A stretch of 55,772 nt of DNA from an uncultured Candidatus Saccharibacteria bacterium (GTDB taxonomy: Bacteria; Patescibacteriota; Minisyncoccia; Phycocordibacterales; Phycocordibacteraceae): positions 1-55,772 of the forward strand of contig CAZJZB010000005.1 of the NCBI GenBank assembly GCA_964550425.1, given 5' to 3'. The translations under genes were made by a program, and so were the position numbers. Below are positions 15,759-24,991 of the stretch, piece after piece. A model generated the notes under the pieces. The model did no database searches. It was not told the DNA's origin and saw only the letters and a program-made list of their open reading frames with translations. The stretch's first letter is position 1, and each line of letters starts with the position of its first letter.

Positions 15759-16733
15759 TTATTTCTTGCTTAGTATTTTGGTGAGCGTGTCAGCAAACTT
15801 CTTAAGCATCTTTGGATCATTCACCGATACTGCGAGCACTTCCCTGCCCGTCTCCTTAACAAGGAGCTGCATCGTAGTTGCGCATTCTTTTGGCGAAACG
15901 AGGTCTGTTTTTGACAGAATGATGATCTCGCGCTTCAGGGCGAGGTCATGCCCGAATGATTCTATTTCTTTACGCACTTCCCTATAGGCCGCGAGAGGGT
16001 CATCTTGATTCGCCGAGACGAGATGCAAGAGAATTCCTGTTCTTTCAACATGCTTTAAAAATTTTATGCCGAGCCCTCGTCCAGACGAGGCGCCTTCGAT
16101 GAGCCCGGGAATATCCGCGAGAACATGGCCATGGAAATCACCGAGGTTCGGCTCTAGCGTCGTGAAGGGATAGGAACCTGTTTTTGCCTTTGCTCTTGTG
16201 AGAGCATTCAATAGCGATGATTTCCCGGCATTCGGAAGCCCAATGAGTCCCGCATCTGCAATAATCTTGAGGGTAAGTTCAATGGTTCCGGCTTTTCCTT
16301 CCCGCCCGAACGTCTGCTGAAACGGATTCTGGTTCGTAGCACTCCTGAAACGAGCATTCCCTTTCCCACCGGAACCGCCTCGAAAAAGAATAATGCGTTC
16401 ATCCTCTTTTGTAATTTCATACTCATCTCCGGTCTCAACAACGCGCGCAAGCGTACCGACCGGCACTTTAAGCACAGCATCCGCGCCGTTTGCACCACGC
16501 TTCAATTCATTCTTTCCCGCCCCGCCGTTTTCTGCGCTGAATTTTTTCTCATACCGATACTGGGAAAGCGCTGCGTAATCGCGTACGCCAAGAAGAACAA
16601 CGTCGCCGCCTCTGCCACCGTCGCCGCCTGAAGGCCCGCCACGCGCGGACTCTTTGGTGCGCAGCCAGCGGATGACGCCATCGCCACCTTTACCGGCTGT
16701 TGCATATATTTTTACCTCATCAACAAATGCCAT
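15759..16733 (-). CDS. obg: GTPase Obg/CgtA
   Basis: Gly-rich Obg fold, GLPNAGKSS, YPFTTLEPNLG, DIPGLIEGAS. Confidence 0.97.
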   Translation of the reverse strand: MAFVDEVKIYATAGKGGDGVIRWLRTKESARGGPSGGDGGRGGDVVLLGVRDYAALSQYRYEKKFSAENGGAGKNELKRGANGADAVLKVPVGTLARVVETGDEYEITKEDERIILFRGGSGGKGNARFRSATNQNPFQQTFGREGKAGTIELTLKIIADAGLIGLPNAGKSSLLNALTRAKAKTGSYPFTTLEPNLGDFHGHVLADIPGLIEGASSGRGLGIKFLKHVERTGILLHLVSANQDDPLAAYREVRKEIESFGHDLALKREIIILSKTDLVSPKECATTMQLLVKETGREVLAVSVNDPKMLKKFADTLTKILSKK

Positions 16734-16756
16734 AAATAGTAACGAGCTGCTTCAGA

Positions 16757-17422
16757 TTACCAGAGTATTTTCTCTTCTTTGAACCAGAATTGACCGGTTT
16801 CAAGACATGAGACAGCGAAGCGGTATATATTGTCCGCGGCTTCCGCAGGCGTCAGATCGGCATCCGCTCCGCCCATATCGGTCTTCACCCACCCCGGATG
16901 AACTGACGAGACAATAGCCCTGCCTTTCAACTCAATGGAAAGTGTGCGCGTATACATATTGAGCGCTGTTTTTGAGATTTTGTAGGCCGGATAATTCCTG
17001 GGGAAATGGATAATGGGACTATCGGCAAGCGCGAGCGAGCCGACGATTGAGGATATGTTGATGATGTGGCCGCCTGGCGAAATAATGTCTTTAAGACCTT
17101 CTGTGAACGAAACGGTGCCGAGCACATTCACTTCGAGAGTATTTCGTAATAGAGTGGGGTGGAGCATTGTTTCGTCCTCATCCAGCAGTACGCCGGCATT
17201 GTTGATTAGAATATCGATTGAGTGTGTCGCTATGCGGACAGCGCTTGTTGCGCGGGCAATACTATCAGCATCGCGCAAATCGAGTTGCTGTATCTGTGCT
17301 CCGACGATATCCGCTTTCCCGGAACGAGACGTGCCGATCACACTGAATCCCGCGCTCGCAAACCTCTCCGCAAGTGCTTTTCCGATTCCCTTTCCTATGC
17401 CCGTAATGACAACCGTACGCAT
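16757..17422 (-). CDS. Short-chain dehydrogenase/reductase
   Basis: TGIGKGIG, NNAG, YKISK, HPGWVKTDMGG. Confidence 0.93.
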   Translation of the reverse strand: MRTVVITGIGKGIGKALAERFASAGFSVIGTSRSGKADIVGAQIQQLDLRDADSIARATSAVRIATHSIDILINNAGVLLDEDETMLHPTLLRNTLEVNVLGTVSFTEGLKDIISPGGHIINISSIVGSLALADSPIIHFPRNYPAYKISKTALNMYTRTLSIELKGRAIVSSVHPGWVKTDMGGADADLTPAEAADNIYRFAVSCLETGQFWFKEEKILW

Positions 17423-17559
17423 AATCTTAGTACGCGCATAGTATCATATTACATTTTAGTATGCAGTATCCTATCCCTCTCTCCTCCCTACCCCTTTCCC
17501 TTCCTTATCCACTCCTTATCTTCGCAAATACCATTTGCGTCCTATAGGATGTAAATGGT

Positions 17560-18129
17560 ATGGGAAAGATACCGATACAAAACAAAAGAAAGATGGCGGT
17601 TCAGGCGGCGCTGTTGCGAACGCTCTATATCGGCGGAATGCTTACCATCGCAGTTCTTGCGCCAAAGATGATATCTCTTCTCGGAAAATTAGATCGCGCA
17701 AAAACGAATCGCCAAGAATTGTATGGGCGTATTCAAGCGGCAAAAAATCGACTTGCGCAACGCGGCCTTATTCAAGAAAACACAGATGGCCGCATTGAAT
17801 TGACTCGACAGGGACGGACGCGTATTGAACGCATACTCATGCTGGAATACGATATTCCCGCGCCAGTGCGCTGGAATGGAAGGTGGCATATTCTTCTTTT
17901 TGACATTCGTGAGCGGCGGAGAAAGACGCGAACGCAGTTGCGTCATTTACTACAAGGAGCCGGTTTCGTCCGCTTGCAGGACAGCGCGTGGGTGCATCCG
18001 TACCCCTGCGATGAATTCGTAACGCTCATTCGAGCGCATCTCTCAAGCGGTGTCGGCGAATTGCGACATATCACCACCGATGCTCTTGAAGCGGACCGGG
18101 CGCTCCGCGAGCATTTCCACCTCCTCTAA
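17560..18129 (+). CDS. PaaX-like transcriptional regulator (wHTH plus Cas2-like ferredoxin domain)
   Basis: IELTRQG..WNGRWHILLFDI..R..LR..L...GFVRLQDSAWVHPYPC. Confidence 0.8.
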   Translation: MGKIPIQNKRKMAVQAALLRTLYIGGMLTIAVLAPKMISLLGKLDRAKTNRQELYGRIQAAKNRLAQRGLIQENTDGRIELTRQGRTRIERILMLEYDIPAPVRWNGRWHILLFDIRERRRKTRTQLRHLLQGAGFVRLQDSAWVHPYPCDEFVTLIRAHLSSGVGELRHITTDALEADRALREHFHLL

Positions 18130-18230
18130 AATACCAAATGTGTCCTATGGGATGAAATTGGTATTGCTGAATGAAATCTATAGATAGATAGATGAGTAGG
18201 TGGATAGATGGGGGTGGTATGCTCCGATGA

Positions 18231-20774
18231 TTAAGATGTGATCTCCCACCCTTCGGCGAGGAACGGTTCGGCTTTTTTAAATTTGAGCGTTTGCGTTTCG
18301 CCGCCTTTCGAAATAGTAACGAAGTCGTTGCGGCCATATTCGACCGCTTTCTTAATTGGTGCCGGCGCATTACTCTCTTCTTGACCGGCAGCGACAAGCG
18401 CGGCACGCGTCTTCGCTTCTTCTTCACGAATGCGCGTATCGTCCGTCCGTGCAAGGCGCGGCAGTGCTTCGGCAACCGCCATCCTGATATTCTCTTCAAG
18501 CTGCCGAAAACGCGCGAGCCCTTCGCGCCGATACTCTATCAAAGGATCTCTCTGGCCGTAGGCCCGAAGCGACACTGAACGGCGCAGATAATCCATGGTT
18601 TCAAGGTGCTCAAGCCAAAAGGTATCAATCACCTGCAAAAGAAGGCGGCGCGCATGCACAACAAACGCGTCGCCAAGTTCAATTTTCTTCGCATCAAACA
18701 CAGTGAGTATCGCTTCATTCAGCTCCCCTTCGGGAGCCCCGCTGCGGGACCCAAGAAGCGCAAGAATGAGTTGTTCCACTTCTACAGTATCGCCCTGGAG
18801 CGCGGCGCGGCGCCGCGCATATATCGCGAGCCGCTGCGTATTCATCACGTCGTCGTAGGCAAGAACCTGTTTGCGCGAATCGAAGTTGAATCCCTCGATG
18901 CGCCCTTGTGCGGTCTCCAGGGACCGTGTGATCATCGCACTCTCAATCGGTTCGTCCTCGGGGATACCGAAGCGACCCATGACTTTCTTCAATGTCTCGG
19001 AGGCAAACACGCGCATAAGCTTGTCCTCCAAAGAAACATAAAAGCGCGTCTCGCCCGGATCGCCTTGGCGCCCCGAGCGGCCGCGCAGCTGATTGTCGAT
19101 GCGGCGCGCATCGTGCCGCTCAGTGCCGATAACCGCAAGACCTCCATTCATAATGACCGCGGCGCGTTCATCGCTTGAAGCAAGCGCACCGCCGAGCTTG
19201 ATGTCAACACCGCGGCCCGCAAGATTGGTTGCGACTGTCACGCGACCTTCCTTACCCGCATTTGCGATAATCTCGCCCTCGCGTTCATGATTCTTTGCAT
19301 TCAGCACCTCGTGCGGCACGCCCGCGTTCGTGAGATGGGCGCTTACCGTTTCATTGTCCTCAATGGATACCGTTCCAACGAGGACCGGCTGCCCTTTTTC
19401 ATGCCGCTCCTTCACCGCACGCGCAACGGCACGATACTTCCCCTCGCTCGTCTGGAAGATGAGATCGTCATAGTCCTTGCGCTTGACAGGTTGGTTGGTC
19501 GGCACCGCAACAACCTCAAGCCCGTATACGGTATAAAATTCCTCTTCGGAGGAGAGTGCGGTGCCTGTCATGCCGGCGAGCCGCTTATACATGCGGAAAA
19601 GATTTTGGAATGTAACGGTCGCATAGGTGCGCGTTTCTTCGTGTATGCGCACACCCTCTTTCGCCTCAATCGCCTGATGGAGGCCCTCCGACCAACGTCG
19701 ACCGGGCTGCATCCTTCCCGTGAATTCGTCCACGATGATAATTTCGTTATCACGCACTACATACTCCTTATCCTTATGAAAAAGCGCTTGTGCGCGCACC
19801 GCCGTCTCGAGATGATGCGCATATTTTATCCCGCCTTCGGTGTACAAGTTCTCGAGACCGAGCGCGGCTTCGGCTGCGTGCATCCCCGCTTCCGTCATCT
19901 GAATCGCTTTCTGTTTTTCATCAACGGTATACTCCTCGCCCTCGCTCATGTTGCGGACAATTCCCGCAAAACGCTCGTAGAGATTCTCCGAATCGCCCGC
20001 GGGTCCGCTGATGATAAGCGGCGTGCGCGCCTCGTCTATGAGGATGGAGTCGACCTCGTCGATAATCGCGTAGTGATGCCCCCGCTGCACTATTTGCGAT
20101 GCGTCATACGCGGTGTTGTCGCGCAGATAATCGAAACCGAGTTCGTTGTTCGTTACATAGGTGATGTCGCATGCGTACGCCTCTTTCTTTGTCGCAGGCC
20201 GCAGGTAGTCATAGAATACTTTAAAAAAACCCTCGGCGTCGCGTTCAGCATCTTCTTTGCGGGCAACATGCGACGAGTCATAACGATACGCGCCCGCACT
20301 CGTGACAACGCCGACCGTGAGACCGTAAAAGTCATAAACCTGTCCCATCCACACGCAGTCGCGGCGCGCGAGATGGTCGTTCACCGTAACGACCTGTACG
20401 CCGTTTCCCGCAAGCGCATGAAAGGTCGCCGGCAATGTGGCGACGAGCGTTTTACCCTCGCCGGTACGCATCTCGGCAATCTTGCCTTCCAGAAGCGCGA
20501 GACCGCCGATGAGCTGCACGTCAAAATGCGGTTGATGGAGCGTGCGCCGCGATGCTTCGCGCACGAGCGCGAACACAAGCGGAATATCAGCCGCGGGTGT
20601 CGCACCCGCCTCCTGTGCGCGGACGCGCACGTCGAGTAGCCGCGCGCGGACGACCTCGTCAGAAAGTCCGATGAGTTCATCGGAAAACTTGTTTGTCGCC
20701 GAGACGACCGAGGCCGCGGCCTTTAAGAAGGCCGCGGATTGATTCTTTGAGAAAAAACGGGAGATCCCAAACAT
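18231..20774 (-). CDS. secA: Preprotein translocase ATPase SecA
   Basis: MRTGEGKT, DEVDSILIDEARTPLIISG, RSGRQGDPG; start taken at MFGISRF; Cys-free C-terminal tail. Confidence 0.98.
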   Translation of the reverse strand: MFGISRFFSKNQSAAFLKAAASVVSATNKFSDELIGLSDEVVRARLLDVRVRAQEAGATPAADIPLVFALVREASRRTLHQPHFDVQLIGGLALLEGKIAEMRTGEGKTLVATLPATFHALAGNGVQVVTVNDHLARRDCVWMGQVYDFYGLTVGVVTSAGAYRYDSSHVARKEDAERDAEGFFKVFYDYLRPATKKEAYACDITYVTNNELGFDYLRDNTAYDASQIVQRGHHYAIIDEVDSILIDEARTPLIISGPAGDSENLYERFAGIVRNMSEGEEYTVDEKQKAIQMTEAGMHAAEAALGLENLYTEGGIKYAHHLETAVRAQALFHKDKEYVVRDNEIIIVDEFTGRMQPGRRWSEGLHQAIEAKEGVRIHEETRTYATVTFQNLFRMYKRLAGMTGTALSSEEEFYTVYGLEVVAVPTNQPVKRKDYDDLIFQTSEGKYRAVARAVKERHEKGQPVLVGTVSIEDNETVSAHLTNAGVPHEVLNAKNHEREGEIIANAGKEGRVTVATNLAGRGVDIKLGGALASSDERAAVIMNGGLAVIGTERHDARRIDNQLRGRSGRQGDPGETRFYVSLEDKLMRVFASETLKKVMGRFGIPEDEPIESAMITRSLETAQGRIEGFNFDSRKQVLAYDDVMNTQRLAIYARRRAALQGDTVEVEQLILALLGSRSGAPEGELNEAILTVFDAKKIELGDAFVVHARRLLLQVIDTFWLEHLETMDYLRRSVSLRAYGQRDPLIEYRREGLARFRQLEENIRMAVAEALPRLARTDDTRIREEEAKTRAALVAAGQEESNAPAPIKKAVEYGRNDFVTISKGGETQTLKFKKAEPFLAEGWEITS

Positions 20775-20802
20775 TACGGCGCAGTATAGCATTGTGGCCT
20801 CT

Positions 20803-20841
20803 AAAGAAAAATCCCCGCCGACTGGCGGGGATTTTTTCTTT
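20803..20841. terminator. Bidirectional intrinsic terminator
   Basis: aaagaaaaatccccgcc-gact-ggcggggattttttcttt. Confidence 0.85.
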
Positions 20842-20868
20842 CCTGCCTAACGGCAGCCAGATACGAAA

Positions 20869-20940
20869 CTAACGCTTCTTTGTCTTGCGCTTCGCGGTCT
20901 TCTTTACCGTTTTCTTCGCGGCCTTACGCTTTTTTGCCAT
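20869..20940 (-). CDS. 23-aa Lys/Arg-rich small protein (histone-H1-like composition)
   Basis: MAKKRKAAKKTVKKTAKRKTKKR*, followed by a terminator. Confidence 0.7.
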   Translation of the reverse strand: MAKKRKAAKKTVKKTAKRKTKKR

Positions 20941-21074
20941 GGTGGTTGCAAATTAGAAATTGTGGTTGATATGTCGACCCGTCTGTGCGCGAGGAAAATT
21001 TCTCATGCGCAAACGTTTCTACATATCATTATCGCGCGTAAAAAAACTTTGTGTGACAAAAAAATATAAAGTGT

Positions 21075-21124
21075 GGATAACTTTCATAAAAAATTCATCG
21101 ATGAATTTTTTATGAAAGTTATCC
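21075..21124. repeat. Perfect 50-bp palindrome with no spacer
   Basis: ggataactttcataaaaaattcatc/gatgaattttttatgaaagttatcc; overlaps the murB stop and a DnaA-box-like 9-mer (21072-21080). Confidence 0.9.
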
Positions 21125-22213
21125 TGCGCGTTCAACCGTACCGACGTACTCAACTTCGCGTTCAAGGCGAATGCCAAAAATATTTTCAACCGCATTCTGC
21201 ATGTCGCGCGCAAGTTGCGCTATCTCTTCTGCGCGCGCCTCTGCAACATTGATAATGGAGAGCGTGTGTTTGGGTGATACGCCGACCGCGCCGCGCATAT
21301 ATCCTTTTTGAAACTCGGTGTACTCAAGTAAGAAACCGGGCGCTATTTTATACGAACCATTTGGCTGTTTCCAGGCCCACGGGCGTAACTGTTCTTCTTT
21401 TGAGGCATCGAGGGCGCGGGCGCGTTCCCCGATCCGTTCATAGCGCTCGTGCGACACAAACGGCATATGGAAAAACGATCCCGCGCTTTTGTAGGAGAGG
21501 CGACCCTTCATAATGAGCGCGCCCTTTTCTTCACGCATCTTGAGCACCGATTCGCGCACTTCTTTTTGAGTTGGCGTACGGCCAATCTCTCTCGCAAGCG
21601 CCGTCATGTCAAAACGATTATCTCGATACGAGAGCTGCGCCGCCGGATCAGTCGAGAGTGCAAAAGTGGCGCGCACGATGACGTAACGTCCCGCCGCATG
21701 ACCGAACATACTGTCATGATAAGAAAAATCGCACTGTTCTTTTTCTAAGATCTTGAGTTCCCCGCCCTTTTCCTGCATATCCAATACTTCTGCGTGCACG
21801 AATGTATCGCTGCACTGCGCCCCATACGCGCCAAGATTCGCGACCACCGCTCCTCCAACAGTGCCCGGCACGCCAGAAAGACATTCAAGACCAGCGAATC
21901 CTTGTTCGATAGTCCAGCATACAAACTCGTCCCATACGACACCGGAACCGACGGTCACCCGCATCCGATTATCCTGCTCTTTTACGGTAATACCCTGTAT
22001 GCGCATAGCAAGCACCAATCCGTCAAATCCTTCGTCGGCAATGACGATATTTGAGCCGCCGCCAAGCACGAACAGCGCGAGGCCGCGCGCGCGCGCGAAC
22101 GCAAGCGCGGTGTCTATATCCTCTTCCGTATGCGCCTCGATGAAGAAGCGTGCCAGCCCGCCGATATGAAACGTTGTGAGTGGTGCGAGCGAGACGTGTT
22201 CTTTCACTTTCAT
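21119..22213 (-). CDS. murB: UDP-N-acetylmuramate dehydrogenase
   Basis: TTFHIGGLA, GGGSN, GVPGTVGG..NLGAYG, SAGSFF, LEREV. Confidence 0.96.
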   Translation of the reverse strand: MKVKEHVSLAPLTTFHIGGLARFFIEAHTEEDIDTALAFARARGLALFVLGGGSNIVIADEGFDGLVLAMRIQGITVKEQDNRMRVTVGSGVVWDEFVCWTIEQGFAGLECLSGVPGTVGGAVVANLGAYGAQCSDTFVHAEVLDMQEKGGELKILEKEQCDFSYHDSMFGHAAGRYVIVRATFALSTDPAAQLSYRDNRFDMTALAREIGRTPTQKEVRESVLKMREEKGALIMKGRLSYKSAGSFFHMPFVSHERYERIGERARALDASKEEQLRPWAWKQPNGSYKIAPGFLLEYTEFQKGYMRGAVGVSPKHTLSIINVAEARAEEIAQLARDMQNAVENIFGIRLEREVEYVGTVERAG

Positions 22214-24378
22214 TTTCCTTCTATCTGTTGCAGAGCGGCGGCGCCGGCGGCAGCGGAATCCGGATACCGCGCGATGACGGTGTTGATTGTCGTAATGGCA
22301 TTCGCCTTGTCACCCGCCGTGTAGTAAGCCGCTGCGAGAGAAAACCATGCGTCAGAGCTTGCATCGAGTTTATCAGCGCGCGCTTTCAACATAGCGATGA
22401 GACGCGGCCAATTCCGGGTACGATAATATGCGGCGGCGAGAACATCGCTATCCACGCTCTCGGAACCATAGGCGGCGAGTAGAATCTGATCCGCCTTCTT
22501 GATGTCACCGACAATCATGTTGCCCGCGGCTGCATATACGGCGAGATCCGGAAACTGCGGACCGAGCGCGTACGCGGTATTGAAATTCTTTCGCACCGCC
22601 TCAACATTACCCGCATCCCATTCAACCGCGCCCGCCTGAATCCAAATTTCCTCCTTCCCCGGCGAGAGTTGTGCGGCAGCCATAATTTCATTAAGCGCGG
22701 CGGCATTGTCTCCGGCTACGCGATAGGCCTGGGCGAGCTGAAGACGTTCGCGCGTATCAAACGGATATGCGGCGACTTGTTTTTGCATTTCGCTTATCGC
22801 AAGCGAGACCGCTCGCTGCTTATCTTCATTTGTTGTTTGCTGGCTCTGCACCACCCTGCCCGCAAAGGCAATCATCTGCTCGCGTATCTCCTGCATGCCG
22901 AGAAAGGTCGGGTGTGCCGCGAAATCCTCAAAGACGGTAAAATTGGTTTGGAGACCGGCAGCAGAGGGCGACAGCGCGGTGATAAGCCCCTTCGCCGTAC
23001 GCATCCCGGAAATATTTACGGTCCAGATGAGTACGATTGCGACGATAATCGCGATAGGGAGTGCGTAGGTTATACCGTCCGCGGCATCAATTTCCGGCAC
23101 CCGCTCAAGCCGCTCAAAAGGGCGCGAGACCTGCGAGTCAATAAGCGCCAAGAGCGCAAAGAAATATATGTAGGAGTAGAGATTGTCAAAAACAAAGAGA
23201 TTGTGGACGGCGTATCCGACAAGCGCGGCAGTGAGCGCGATGCGCTCCGGACGCGAGAGCTCTGAACTCCGCCAGAGCAGCACCACGGCAGAACCGAAGA
23301 GCGAGAGGTAGAGCAGAAATGCCGGTACGCCGCCCGCAGTGAGCCAGTCAATGAATGCATTGTGTGCGCGATCAAACCACGGCTCTTGTTTATAGAGGGA
23401 CGGATCGTAGTACTTGTTGAAAACGTAATTGAAACCCTCCTGTCCCCAGCCAGTAAGGGGGCGCTCCAGAGTCCCCTTCCATGCCATGTTCCAGATAGTG
23501 AAGCGGGTCTGACCGTCCTTGAGAGAAATGGAGGCGATACGTTGGAGCACGTGGCTGTTTTGTACGAAGTTAGAATTGCGCGCGAGATAGAAGCTGCCAA
23601 CGAGAACTAGAATAAGAATAAATACGCCCGCCGCTATGCGGCGGGCGTATTTTCCTGCTGTGATCGCTGTCAGGAGCGCCGCAAGCGCGAGCGCGAGTAC
23701 AAGTCCAATGATCGTGCCGCGCGTCTCGGTGAAAAATATGAGTGTTGCCTCAAGCGCCGCAAGAGCGATTAATGACCATTTCATCCACGCGTGATTCGAG
23801 GTTAAGGCGAGCCAGAGCGCGATGAATGTATTGAAAAGAAGATAGATTGCGAGATATGCGGAATTACCTAAGGAAGCGTCTATGCGCACCGATCCTTGAT
23901 GTATTGCAAGGGAGCCGTTGATCTGCAAAAGCGCATAGGCGCAAATAACTACCGAGACGCCGAGTGACGTGAGGAACCATGCGCGCCACTTCTTCTCCAC
24001 CCGCAGCACCGCACTCGCCGCAAAGAAGAATCCGAGTAGATGAATAAGGAGTACCCAACCTTCCATGCGTTCAAAATTGCTCCAGAAGGCCTTCAGGGCA
24101 TTCGGCGCGAATACATCCGCCACGAACATCCAAACGACGAAACCGACAATTACCGCCCCAATAAGTGAGAAACGCGGGCGATATTCTTTATCAAGAAATG
24201 CGAGCATTGCCCATGCGACGACCACTATCTCGATGAGGATGCGCAAGAAGAACGCTTTGCCGGTGATGAAGGGGAAGAAGTAGCTGTTCGCGACCAGAAG
24301 CGGCGCGAGTGGAATAAGAAAAAGCGCGCCGAGCGCGACCCATCTCGCAATCTGTTTCGCTGTATCGCCGCTACCCAT
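22210..24378 (-). CDS. O-antigen ligase / O-oligosaccharyltransferase family protein with C-terminal TPRs
   Basis: Multi-TM; TETRG, R..IW..A, GWGQEGF, DRAHN; TPR-like tail; start taken at MGSGDT after a TGgTATAAT motif. Confidence 0.88.
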   Translation of the reverse strand: MGSGDTAKQIARWVALGALFLIPLAPLLVANSYFFPFITGKAFFLRILIEIVVVAWAMLAFLDKEYRPRFSLIGAVIVGFVVWMFVADVFAPNALKAFWSNFERMEGWVLLIHLLGFFFAASAVLRVEKKWRAWFLTSLGVSVVICAYALLQINGSLAIHQGSVRIDASLGNSAYLAIYLLFNTFIALWLALTSNHAWMKWSLIALAALEATLIFFTETRGTIIGLVLALALAALLTAITAGKYARRIAAGVFILILVLVGSFYLARNSNFVQNSHVLQRIASISLKDGQTRFTIWNMAWKGTLERPLTGWGQEGFNYVFNKYYDPSLYKQEPWFDRAHNAFIDWLTAGGVPAFLLYLSLFGSAVVLLWRSSELSRPERIALTAALVGYAVHNLFVFDNLYSYIYFFALLALIDSQVSRPFERLERVPEIDAADGITYALPIAIIVAIVLIWTVNISGMRTAKGLITALSPSAAGLQTNFTVFEDFAAHPTFLGMQEIREQMIAFAGRVVQSQQTTNEDKQRAVSLAISEMQKQVAAYPFDTRERLQLAQAYRVAGDNAAALNEIMAAAQLSPGKEEIWIQAGAVEWDAGNVEAVRKNFNTAYALGPQFPDLAVYAAAGNMIVGDIKKADQILLAAYGSESVDSDVLAAAYYRTRNWPRLIAMLKARADKLDASSDAWFSLAAAYYTAGDKANAITTINTVIARYPDSAAAGAAALQQIEGK

Positions 24379-24532
24379 GATGCGGTGATTATACCACACC
24401 CGATCATTAACACTCATTTCAAACGTATTCGGAGAACCGGCTGAGCAAAAGGGTATTGGACGAGATTATGATTGTTGTGAATAAAGCATATCAAGGAATC
24501 GCCCACGACTTTCAAGAAAGGAGGCCGGAAAA

Positions 24533-24991
24533 TTATACCGTATTCCCATCTTCGTTCGTCTCTTTTTTGAACAACACGAATTTAAAAATCAGGAATGTAA
24601 TGATTGAAAATACAAAAATGACCGAAGCAATGATGATAATATACCAATTGACTCCTATCCAGTCGGTCAGGTGTTTTACCATATACGCCTGTACATAGGC
24701 GAGTGTGAGTGAATAGATAAAAAACATACTGAGCCGGTACAGATGTTTACCGCTCGTCTTAAATGTGACCAGTGTATGAAGCACGAAATTGTATAACAGA
24801 TTGACGAACAATCCGATAAGATACGCATTGAAGTAGTGCGTGCGCCCAAACACGAGCTCGGCAAAAAATGCCGTGAAAGCTAAATTGAGAGCAGCCCCTG
24901 TCGCACCAACGACAAAAAAATGGAGATAGCGCGTCTCTCGCAAAAACGTAAACCACAAGCGCGGATTGAGATAATTCTTCAACATATTCAT
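24533..24991 (-). CDS. GtrA family membrane protein
   Basis: FFVVGATGAALN..NFVLHTLVTF; four TMs. Confidence 0.88.
   Translation of the reverse strand: MNMLKNYLNPRLWFTFLRETRYLHFFVVGATGAALNLAFTAFFAELVFGRTHYFNAYLIGLFVNLLYNFVLHTLVTFKTSGKHLYRLSMFFIYSLTLAYVQAYMVKHLTDWIGVNWYIIIIASVIFVFSIITFLIFKFVLFKKETNEDGNTV

Noticed and set aside
17560-18129. CRISPR Cas2
   Set aside because: The Cas2-like fold belongs to a PaaX-type regulator; no array or other cas genes are present.
18175-18215. Short TAGA/GATG repeats after secA
   Set aside because: Low complexity, too short and irregular to interpret.
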